Part shown: one piece after another, positions 8,461 to 15,835 of the stretch
How positions within the stretch are numbered: the stretch's first letter is position 1
Layout: the number at the start of each line of letters is the position of its first letter
Assembly (NCBI GenBank): GCA_032128375.1
Contig: JAQBGU010000052.1
Coordinates: forward strand, 1 to 15,835
Reading direction: 5' to 3'
Source of the DNA: Deltaproteobacteria bacterium
Lineage (GTDB): Bacteria; Myxococcota_A; UBA9160; SMWR01
Length of the DNA stretch: 15,835 bases
Program-made: the position numbers and the translations under genes
The notes under the pieces: generated by a model
The model's database searches: none
What the model was told of the DNA's origin: nothing
Seen by the model: only the letters and a program-made list of their open reading frames with translations

Positions 8461-9288
8461 ATGAACCGGAAAGTTGCATTCGTGACGGGAGCAAGCCGCG
8501 GGATCGGCCGTGCTTGCGCGATTGCGCTCGCCGAGTCGGGTTTCGATGTCGTGGTGACAGCGCGCACCGTGAGAGAAGGCCAAACCGCCGATGGACGGCC
8601 GTTGCCCGGAAGCATCGAAACGACCGCCGAAGAGGTGCGCAAGCGCGGTCGCGAAGCGTTGGCGATCCGACTCGATCTGCTCGAGCGCGATACAATCGAT
8701 GCAGCGATCGAAGAAACGATCACAACATGGGGCCGGATCGATCTGCTGCTCAACAACGGGATCTACACCGGTTCGGGAAGCATGAGCGAGTTCATGGATC
8801 TCACACCCGACGTGGTCGAAACGATGTTCCGAGCAAACGTTTTTTCGCAGATCTGGATCACCCAGCAGGTCTTACCGGGGATGATCGAGCGCGCGCAGGG
8901 CAGCGTGATCAACATGGTCTCCGGCGCGGGGCTCAGCGACCCTCCCGCACCGGTGAATCGGGGAGGTTGGGGGTTCGGTTATGGGGCTACCAAGGCGGCT
9001 TTCCACCGGATGGTCGGCGTGCTGAGAGTCGAATACGAAAATTCGGGCGTGCGCTTCTTCAATTTGGAGCCCGGCTTCGTGGTCACGGAGGCGATGGCGC
9101 AAAACGACCCCGACGGGGAGATCGCCAAGCGCTTTCGAGGCGCGCCACCGGCGGTTCCGGCTTCGGTGGTCGCGTGGCTCGCGACCGATCCGGGCGCCGA
9201 AAAGTGGAACGGTCAGACCGTTTTCGCACAGAAGTTGTGTCTCGAGTTACAGCTTCAGCCCGACTGGCGCGCTGAGAAGAACGGGTGA
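8461..9288 (+). CDS. SDR family NAD(P)-dependent oxidoreductase (DHRS1-like type)
   Basis: TGASRGIG, TART, LPGSI..TAEE, NNG, catalytic YGATK and PGFV.TE. ATG 8461 is preferred and TTG 8449 is possible. Confidence 0.93.
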   Translation: MNRKVAFVTGASRGIGRACAIALAESGFDVVVTARTVREGQTADGRPLPGSIETTAEEVRKRGREALAIRLDLLERDTIDAAIEETITTWGRIDLLLNNGIYTGSGSMSEFMDLTPDVVETMFRANVFSQIWITQQVLPGMIERAQGSVINMVSGAGLSDPPAPVNRGGWGFGYGATKAAFHRMVGVLRVEYENSGVRFFNLEPGFVVTEAMAQNDPDGEIAKRFRGAPPAVPASVVAWLATDPGAEKWNGQTVFAQKLCLELQLQPDWRAEKNG

Positions 9289-9289
9289 A

Positions 9290-10429
9290 TTGATCTTGTC
9301 TCGCGCGCTACAGGTTCTGACTGCGATTGCGCTTGCGATTGCGTTCTGCGTCGCGCCAACCGGCTGTACCGGGCCGCCACTCCGGTTCGTACGGGCCCCG
9401 ATACGGGCGCCCGTCGTGGATCGGTTGAATGAATCCTCGATCAGTATTCGTTGGCCCAGCTCGTTCTCAACGGAGTCGGTCGCGATCTACAGCGGTATCG
9501 ACCCGCAGAAGATCGATCGCTCATCGCCGCTGGCGGTCGCCGACACGCGATCGTTCCGGGTCACTGAGGATCACGATGTCGAGATCGATGCACGCCGTCG
9601 ACTCTACTTCGAATTGGTTCCCAGTGACGGAGGCGAGTCTGTCATCGTGGCCGAGCGCCAATTGCCGCTTTCGTGTTGCGACAATTTTCGCGACCTGGGA
9701 GGCTACCGAACGGCCGATGGTCGCACGCTGAAGTGGAATCGGCTGTATCGCGCCAACGACCTGTCGAAGCTCACGCCGGACGATCTCGCATACCTGGGTC
9801 AGCTCGATGTCAAGCTGGTCTGCGATTTCCGGTCGAACCGGGAACGTGAAGCCAGCCCCGATCCCGAGATCGACGCAGCCGACCAGCTCAACTTCCCCGT
9901 AGACCAGCTCGGCGTCGATCCCAAAGAGATCCAGCGCAAGATTCGAACCGGAGGCCTGGTAGGCTTGAGTATCGAACAGACGATGATCGACGCGTATCGG
10001 GCGTTTGTAACCGATTTTCCGGAACAATGGACAGCGATGTTCGAGCGTCTGGAACAACCCGAAAATTTTCCGACGGTCGTGCACTGCACAGCCGGGAAAG
10101 ATCGAACCGGCTTCGCTTCGGCGCTGGTTCTGCTGGCCATCGGTGTTCCGGTCGAAACCGTTTTCGAAGATTATCTGCTGACCAACTACTACCAGCAGAA
10201 CTTCATGCGCTTTGTGTTGCGCTGGGTGCCGTTGTACTCGTTCTTCCGAACCAAACGGGATGACCTGTTGCCGCTGCTGTTGGCCAAACGCAAGTATCTG
10301 CAGGCCTCGATTGATGCCATGGTCGAGGAATACGGTTCGATTGACGGCTACCTGGAAGGCGCACTCGGCCTGACGGCGGAGCGCCGAGCGCAACTGGCGG
10401 AGCAGTTGCTGACTACCGGATCTCCCTAG
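9290..10429 (+). CDS. Exported tyrosine/lipid phosphatase (MptpB/LipA-like, Y_phosphatase3 type), possible lipoprotein
   Basis: Motifs NFRDLGGY, LYR...L..LT..D, DFRS..E, P-loop HCTAGKDRTG, EDYLLTN and YGSIDGYL...LGL. The N-terminus is a hydrophobic signal ending PTGC. The TTG start lies 1 nt after the SDR stop. Confidence 0.9.
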   Translation: MILSRALQVLTAIALAIAFCVAPTGCTGPPLRFVRAPIRAPVVDRLNESSISIRWPSSFSTESVAIYSGIDPQKIDRSSPLAVADTRSFRVTEDHDVEIDARRRLYFELVPSDGGESVIVAERQLPLSCCDNFRDLGGYRTADGRTLKWNRLYRANDLSKLTPDDLAYLGQLDVKLVCDFRSNREREASPDPEIDAADQLNFPVDQLGVDPKEIQRKIRTGGLVGLSIEQTMIDAYRAFVTDFPEQWTAMFERLEQPENFPTVVHCTAGKDRTGFASALVLLAIGVPVETVFEDYLLTNYYQQNFMRFVLRWVPLYSFFRTKRDDLLPLLLAKRKYLQASIDAMVEEYGSIDGYLEGALGLTAERRAQLAEQLLTTGSP

Positions 10430-10561
10430 GTGGTGCGCACTGCGTTTTCCGGGTGAGCCTGGGCTGTCCGGGTGACCCCAAGCGCCAGAGCTCGCGCCCT
10501 GTGTCGCGGCGGTCCTCCGTTTGATCGTCGATGTCGGCGTTCGTTGGGCTGCAAGCGATCG

Positions 10562-11935
10562 CTAATAACGAAAATAGATCCAATCGGTGCTATCCAGATC
10601 GCGAGGGTCGACGAAGTCGTCGGTAATGACCTTCCAGAAGAGCGGTTTCGCCGCAGACACGCACAGCAAGGCAGTAGCCAACGCGACGGCCGCCATCGAG
10701 CGCCACGTCAGCCTTCGGGCCAGCGCGCGGTCGAGACCGACGCCGGCAAGAATCGCGATCAAGTACGCAAGCGGCACGCGGAACCGAGTCGTCCCAACCA
10801 GTGCGGCGACAATCACCGTGAAACTGGCGGCGTATAGGAGCACCAACCGGATCGTTGGGTCCCGGCTTGCATAGCCGAGGCCAGCGCACGCAGCCAGCAA
10901 GGATAGAGCCCACCCGATCTGCAGGCTCCAGAATGTCGCTTGCAGCTGCCAGCGGGGATACATCCCATAACCACCCATCAGGACATGGCGAAACACGAAG
11001 AACTCCAATCCCCACAGGTTCAGCATCCGCGAAAAGTAGTTTTCCGCGAATCCCGCAGGGTCCTCGCTGATCGCTTCGATCCCGCGATCCATCGCGACCT
11101 CGCTGCGGTACACCGGGTCGCCGAGGTGCCGCCACTCGCTCAGCACCTCTTTCGGCGGTTCCTTCGAGTTGCCGATCCACAAGTTGAATGGACCCTGGTT
11201 TTCGAGCAGGATCGATGGGCCGTATTGCAACTGGTTGCGGATCACCCATGGGCTGATGACGAGCGCGGCTGCCCCGCCGACGAGAAGCACTTGTCGAAGT
11301 GCGCGGGACCACCCGAGACCTATCAGCCAACTCCCAGCCCAAAGTAGCGCGAACAGACCAAACACCGGTTTGAGAAGCATTGCCAAGCCGGTCATCGCGC
11401 CGAGAAACAGCGAGCGCGCGGCAGAGCGTTGATCGAGGTCTGCGACGCCATCGAAAACGATTGCGACCAGCAGCGTGAATAGCGTCTCGGGCCACAGCAG
11501 GTGCGTATATCCGATTAGGGTCGGGTCGAATAGCAGGAACGCCGCGGCGTATCGCGCGGCGCGCGTGCCGGCGATTCGCCGTGCGCCGAGGTAGACGGGA
11601 ATCGCGGTAGCGACCGACGCGATGCACTGCAACCACTTCGCCAGCAGCGTCCAGGACACGGGGAGCACATCGGATAGGAAATGGGTCGTGGCCATGAACA
11701 CGAAGTACAGGGGCGGGCGCACGAACCAACCTGTCTCGAGTCTTCCCGTCTCCAACAGCTCCACAGCGTGGCGGATGTAGATGTGCTCGTCGCCCCGAAA
11801 ATGCATATGCGGGTCGAGTAGCGCTGCGGCCATGACGCGTACTCCGAACCCTCCCGCGATCAGACCGAGCAGCCACCGATCGGCGAGCGGTGATCGGTCG
11901 GTTTGATCCGTGGTTGCGATGCGTGCGGTCGACAT
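10562..11935 (-). CDS. GT-C fold membrane glycosyltransferase (ArnT/PMT_2, GT39/GT83-like)
   Basis: Many TM segments, first-loop acidic motif GDE..Y, and RPPLY, ETLF, LLKP, PWVIRN and RFRVP. Start placed at ATG 11935. Confidence 0.85.
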   Translation of the reverse strand: MSTARIATTDQTDRSPLADRWLLGLIAGGFGVRVMAAALLDPHMHFRGDEHIYIRHAVELLETGRLETGWFVRPPLYFVFMATTHFLSDVLPVSWTLLAKWLQCIASVATAIPVYLGARRIAGTRAARYAAAFLLFDPTLIGYTHLLWPETLFTLLVAIVFDGVADLDQRSAARSLFLGAMTGLAMLLKPVFGLFALLWAGSWLIGLGWSRALRQVLLVGGAAALVISPWVIRNQLQYGPSILLENQGPFNLWIGNSKEPPKEVLSEWRHLGDPVYRSEVAMDRGIEAISEDPAGFAENYFSRMLNLWGLEFFVFRHVLMGGYGMYPRWQLQATFWSLQIGWALSLLAACAGLGYASRDPTIRLVLLYAASFTVIVAALVGTTRFRVPLAYLIAILAGVGLDRALARRLTWRSMAAVALATALLCVSAAKPLFWKVITDDFVDPRDLDSTDWIYFRY

Positions 11936-11997
11936 CAGAGTTTGGGTTCGGGCCCGGGTTGGGGAGCGAGCATCGGGATCGGATATTGCATCCCGTG

Positions 11998-13335
11998 TCA
12001 ATCGCCGTATCCGAGCGAGCGCAGTTTCGCGCGCGCGTCGTCTGAGACCATGGGCTGGGCCGGCGCCGGCCACGGTGCGGCGCTCTCGAGCAGAGCAGCG
12101 AGGCGCTCGCGAATAGCGCGCGTCTGCTGTGGATCCGAGTCGCCCGCGGCGCCCGGTTGGGGGCGGAATTCGCTGGGGTCGGTTCCGCTCCCGCTCAACT
12201 CGTAGCCGTCCAAGCGAACGCTTCGCCAGCGCCTGTTCGGTTGGGAACCCACCTGCGAAACGTGCGGGCGATCGCCGAGATCGCGCAGTAGCGAGCTTCC
12301 CGGCAGTTCCTTTGTGTCGAAGTCGAGCAGTTCCAACACGGTGGGGACGATGTCGATCAGTCGAACCAGGTCGGTTCGCACGGCAGGCGTGGTGTCGGGT
12401 GCGCGAAGCAGTAGTGGAACGTGGAGCAGGGCATCACCGAGGCCGTCACCGTGCGCGCAGAAGAAATTCTCTTCCCCGAAAGCTTCACCGTGATCCGCAG
12501 CAAACACGAGCACCGTAGCGTCCAAGCGCTCTCGAAGCGCATCGAGAAGCCGCCCGATGTGTCGATCGACTTCGGTGATCTCCGCGTCATATCGCTCGCT
12601 GTACTCGGACAAGCGTCCGTGCCCGAGCCACTGGTAGTTCGGAATTCCGCCGAGACCCGAATTGGTGAGGTTGCGCGGCAGTTGCTGCGGGGTTTCGCCG
12701 ACGGTTGTCTGGATACTGTCGGGTCTGTCGGCCTCGTGAGTTTCGAGATAGCCTGGCGGCGTATAGGGCCCGTGTGGTTCCTGATAGTGAACCCACAACA
12801 GCGATCGTCGGTTGGGATCGGTTCGTTCGAGCCAGGCGATCGCGGAGTCTGTCAGCGGGCCCGCCAGATTTTCGGGCTGCGGTCGATTTCCCTCACGGGT
12901 CAAAAATTCCTGGGTGTAATCGTCGAACCCCCTCGATAGCCGACGCGACTCGCGCAGCGCATAGTTGCCGACGAACGCGGCGGTCGTGAAACCCTCCATC
13001 TGGAGTCGGGTCGACAAGGTCGGAATGGAGTCGGACAGTTGTCCGAAGTTGGTGTAGATCTGGTGGCCGGACGGCAACAGACCCGTCAGCAGCGTCGCAA
13101 TCGAGGGCAGGGTTCTCGACGAATGCGCTCGTGCGCGCGAGAACTGGATCGATTCAGCCGCCAGGCGGTCGAGGTTCGGCGTCCGCGCAGCGGCATAGCC
13201 GTACGCACCGATCCGATCCGCGCGCAACGTGTCCACGGTGATCAGCACGACATGTCGCGGCGGCTCGGCCGCACAGGCGCACAAGCATTGCAGCGCGAGG
13301 GCTGCGGCCAGGGCGATGTAAGCGCGTGTCGTCAA
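11998..13335 (-). CDS. Exported sulfatase-fold (alkaline phosphatase superfamily) hydrolase/transferase with Thr nucleophile, possible lipoprotein
   Basis: Motifs VVLITVDTLRAD, TLPSIATLLTG, GFDDY, HYQEPH.PY.PP, YDAEI..VD..IG.LL, ADHGE, LHVPL, V.LIDIVPTVL and C-terminal LRSLGY. Signal peptide ends LCAC. AGGA lies 5 nt before the TTG start. Confidence 0.88.
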   Translation of the reverse strand: MTTRAYIALAAALALQCLCACAAEPPRHVVLITVDTLRADRIGAYGYAAARTPNLDRLAAESIQFSRARAHSSRTLPSIATLLTGLLPSGHQIYTNFGQLSDSIPTLSTRLQMEGFTTAAFVGNYALRESRRLSRGFDDYTQEFLTREGNRPQPENLAGPLTDSAIAWLERTDPNRRSLLWVHYQEPHGPYTPPGYLETHEADRPDSIQTTVGETPQQLPRNLTNSGLGGIPNYQWLGHGRLSEYSERYDAEITEVDRHIGRLLDALRERLDATVLVFAADHGEAFGEENFFCAHGDGLGDALLHVPLLLRAPDTTPAVRTDLVRLIDIVPTVLELLDFDTKELPGSSLLRDLGDRPHVSQVGSQPNRRWRSVRLDGYELSGSGTDPSEFRPQPGAAGDSDPQQTRAIRERLAALLESAAPWPAPAQPMVSDDARAKLRSLGYGD

Positions 13336-13384
13336 ATCGATCCTGATTCAGCGCCGTCAGATTCGAATTCCGAGCGAGGTTTGA

Positions 13385-13416
13385 ATCACTACTCCGATCA
13401 CTACTCCGATCACTAC
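13385..13416. repeat. 12-bp tandem repeat (2.7 copies) overlapping the valS stop codon
   Basis: ATCACTACTCCG ATCACTACTCCG ATCACTAC, read directly. Confidence 0.92.
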
Positions 13417-15835
13417 AGGCGCGCCAGCGACGCTTCGGAAGCTGCGATGCTTTCTCTGCAGCGCTGCGCGCGCTCGCGGGTTTCGGCGACGACATTGGCA
13501 GGCGCACGTTCGACGTAGCTTGGGTTGCCGAGCTTTTTCTCGAAGCCGTCGAGCTGCTTCTTTGCAGCCGCGAGTTCTTTGGCCAGCCGCGTTCGCTCGG
13601 CGTCGAGATCGATCAAGCCCTCTAGCGGTAGTACCACGATGAAGTCTGGGTCGGTCCCCACTGCTGCCTGTTGCGGTATTTCATAGCCGGCGTTCGAGTG
13701 CACCGCGAGGCTTTCGAGGCGTGCGAGCCGGCAGATCGAATCTGAAAGCTCGGTGACACGGTGTCGGATCGAAAGGCTGTCGCTGCAGAGGATTGCGGGT
13801 ATGCGCTGATGCGGCGGCAGGTTGTTTTCGAGACGCAGGTTGCGCAGCCGGGTCACGACCCGAATGATGAAATCGAATTCCCGCTCGGCATCGTCGTCCC
13901 GCCAGCTGTCGTCTGCGACTGGAAACGGCGCTGTCGCGCAGAACACGACATCTACACCATCCGCGCTAGCCCAGCGTTCTTTCCGACCCGGGAGCCTCTG
14001 CCAGATCTCTTCGGTCTGGAACGGACAGATCGGGTGGAGAATTCGCATCGATGCATCGAGCACCTCGATCAACACGCTACGCGCTGCTTCGCGGCGGGCC
14101 TCAGGTGCCGAATCCCCGAGCGACTCTTTTACGAGTTCGATGTACCAGTCGCAGAACTCGTTCCAGAAGAACTGGTAGATCCCGTTTGCTGCCTCGTCGA
14201 ATCGGTAGCCTTCAATTCCAGCCGCGACACGGTCGGAGGCGGCTTGCAAGCGCGACAGGATCCAGCGATCGGCCAGCGACAAGTCGCCTTTCGTTTCGCT
14301 GAGCGGCTGCGGTCGGGCTCCACCAAGCGACATCAGTGCGAAGCGCGTCGCGTTCCAGATCTTGTTCAGAAACGCGCGGTATCCAGCGACGCGAGGGATC
14401 GACAGCTTCACGTCGCGGCCCTGGCCCGCTAGCGCTGCCAGCGAAAACCGCAGGCCGTCCGCACCCGAAGCGGGGATGCCATCGCGGTAGTCCTTCTTCA
14501 ACCCCTCGAGCACGCCCGGAAGTAGCGATTCGGGGACCGGGTAGCTGCGGGTCTTGATGAGTAGATCTTCGAGCGTGATGCCATCGATCACGTCGAGCGG
14601 GTCGATCGCGTTGCCAAGAGATTTCGACATCTTGCGACCCTGCGAGTCGCGGATCATCGCGTGCAAGAAGATGTGGCGAAACGGTGCTTCGCCCATGAAG
14701 TGACAGCCGAACATCATCATGCGCGCGACCCAGAAGAACAGGATGTCGAAGCCCGTTTCCAGAACCGCGCCCGGGTAGAAGGCCCTCAGGTCGTCTGTCT
14801 CGTCGGGCCAGCCCAGCGTAGAAAACGGCCACAGCCCGGCCGAGAACCAGGTATCGAGCACATCGTCTTCCTGCAGGTAGCGTTCGCCGTCGGGGCCGGC
14901 ACACAGGTCATCGATGGACGCTGTGGAAAACCCGCGGACCAACTCCTCATCGAGCGAGTCGAGCGCGATCTGGAGGAGTTCGCGCGTGTCGGCACCGCTT
15001 TCGAGAGCGCTCAATGCAACGGTCTGTTCGCCGCGCCGACGCGCGTCTTCGCGCACTGCGCTCTCGAGTCCGGCGCGCTCGTAGAAGACGGGAATCCGGT
15101 GGCCCCACCAGAGCTGGCGGCTGATGCACCAGTCCTGGATGTTCTTCATGAAATGATCCCAGGTCGACTTCCAACCGGCCGGGATGATCTCGGTCTGACC
15201 CAACTCGTCGATCGCCGCGCAGGCTTTTTCAGCCAGCGGCCCCGCGGACACGAAGTACTGACGGCTCAGCATCGGCTCGACCGTTTCGCCCGAACGACTC
15301 GAGATCGACACCGAGTGGAGGATGGCTTTGGCTCCGCGCGCCATGCCTCGTTCAGTCAGGTCGGCCTTTACTCGTTTGCGGGCCTCGTCGCGGTCGAGTC
15401 CGGCGAATGGACCGCCGTTCTTGTTCAATGTGGCGTCGAGTTCGAAGATGTTGATCACCTCGAGGCCGTGCCGCTCTCCGATCGCGAAGTCGTTCGGGTC
15501 GTGGGCGGGCGTGACCTTGACGGCTCCGGTCCCGAATTCGCGGTCCACATGCTTGTCGGCGATTACGAAGAATTCGCGCTCCGGGAAGTACGGGTGCACG
15601 AGTGCTTTCCCGACGAAGCCCGCATAGCGCTCGTCGTCGGGGTTTACTGCCACCGCGGTGTCTCCGAGCATCGTCTCGGGACGCGTGGTCGCCACGACGA
15701 TTTCGCCGCTGTCATCGCTGCACCGGTAGGCGAATTGCCAGAGTTCGCCTGCTCGCTCTTCGTGGTCGACTTCTTCATTGGAAAGTGCTGTGCGGGTGAC
15801 GGGGTCCCAGTTGATCAGGCGCTCGCCGCGGTAGA
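13413..15835 (-). CDS. valS: Valine--tRNA ligase, 5'-truncated by the window edge
   Basis: Editing-domain motifs ATTRPETMLGD and GTGAVKVTPAHD.ND, then DWCISRQLWWGHRIP, DVLDTWFS, GFDILFFWVARM, KMSKS, anticodon domain FCDWYIE and a C-terminal coiled coil. The frame continues upstream of 15695 (YRGERLINWDPVTRTALSNEEV). Confidence 0.99.
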   Translation of the reverse strand, partial: YRGERLINWDPVTRTALSNEEVDHEERAGELWQFAYRCSDDSGEIVVATTRPETMLGDTAVAVNPDDERYAGFVGKALVHPYFPEREFFVIADKHVDREFGTGAVKVTPAHDPNDFAIGERHGLEVINIFELDATLNKNGGPFAGLDRDEARKRVKADLTERGMARGAKAILHSVSISSRSGETVEPMLSRQYFVSAGPLAEKACAAIDELGQTEIIPAGWKSTWDHFMKNIQDWCISRQLWWGHRIPVFYERAGLESAVREDARRRGEQTVALSALESGADTRELLQIALDSLDEELVRGFSTASIDDLCAGPDGERYLQEDDVLDTWFSAGLWPFSTLGWPDETDDLRAFYPGAVLETGFDILFFWVARMMMFGCHFMGEAPFRHIFLHAMIRDSQGRKMSKSLGNAIDPLDVIDGITLEDLLIKTRSYPVPESLLPGVLEGLKKDYRDGIPASGADGLRFSLAALAGQGRDVKLSIPRVAGYRAFLNKIWNATRFALMSLGGARPQPLSETKGDLSLADRWILSRLQAASDRVAAGIEGYRFDEAANGIYQFFWNEFCDWYIELVKESLGDSAPEARREAARSVLIEVLDASMRILHPICPFQTEEIWQRLPGRKERWASADGVDVVFCATAPFPVADDSWRDDDAEREFDFIIRVVTRLRNLRLENNLPPHQRIPAILCSDSLSIRHRVTELSDSICRLARLESLAVHSNAGYEIPQQAAVGTDPDFIVVLPLEGLIDLDAERTRLAKELAAAKKQLDGFEKKLGNPSYVERAPANVVAETRERAQRCRESIAASEASLARL

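Noticed and set aside
10430..10561. Convergent intergenic region with TCCGGGTGA present twice
   Set aside because: Two 9-mers only, with no strong bidirectional terminator or recognisable RNA.

Overview
GC-rich (roughly 60-65% by eye) bacterial chromosomal segment with 14 supportable CDSs and no rRNA, tRNA, CRISPR array or intact mobile element. The left part (1-10.4 kb) is mostly a + strand run of lipid/steroid-catabolism-type and redox enzymes: the 3' part of a FadA5-like steroid thiolase, a DoxX-like membrane protein, a CaiB/BaiF CoA-transferase, a YdjC/ChbG deacetylase, a GNAT, an LLM-class (probably F420-dependent) oxidoreductase, a TIM-barrel isomerase/epimerase, a DUF1214-like protein (- strand), two tandem SDRs and an exported MptpB/LipA-type phosphatase. 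The right part (10.5-15.8 kb) is a - strand unit: valS (5'-truncated), then an exported sulfatase-fold protein with a Thr nucleophile and no formylglycine motif, then an ArnT/PMT-like GT-C glycosyltransferase. That pair is the best candidate here for an undescribed system, possibly cell-envelope modification. Non-coding signals include an 11-copy heptamer array, a 12-bp repeat that triplicates the valS double stop codon, and repeated -10-box/ATG spacing that suggests leaderless mRNAs. ValRS has the 37-aa 'beta/gamma-proteobacterial + eukaryote' insertion, a long extra segment and no Zn knuckles in the visible part. The host is inferred (not shown) to be a non-actinobacterial, possibly Myxococcota/deltaproteobacterial-like organism. 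All family calls come from motif recognition, not from database searches.
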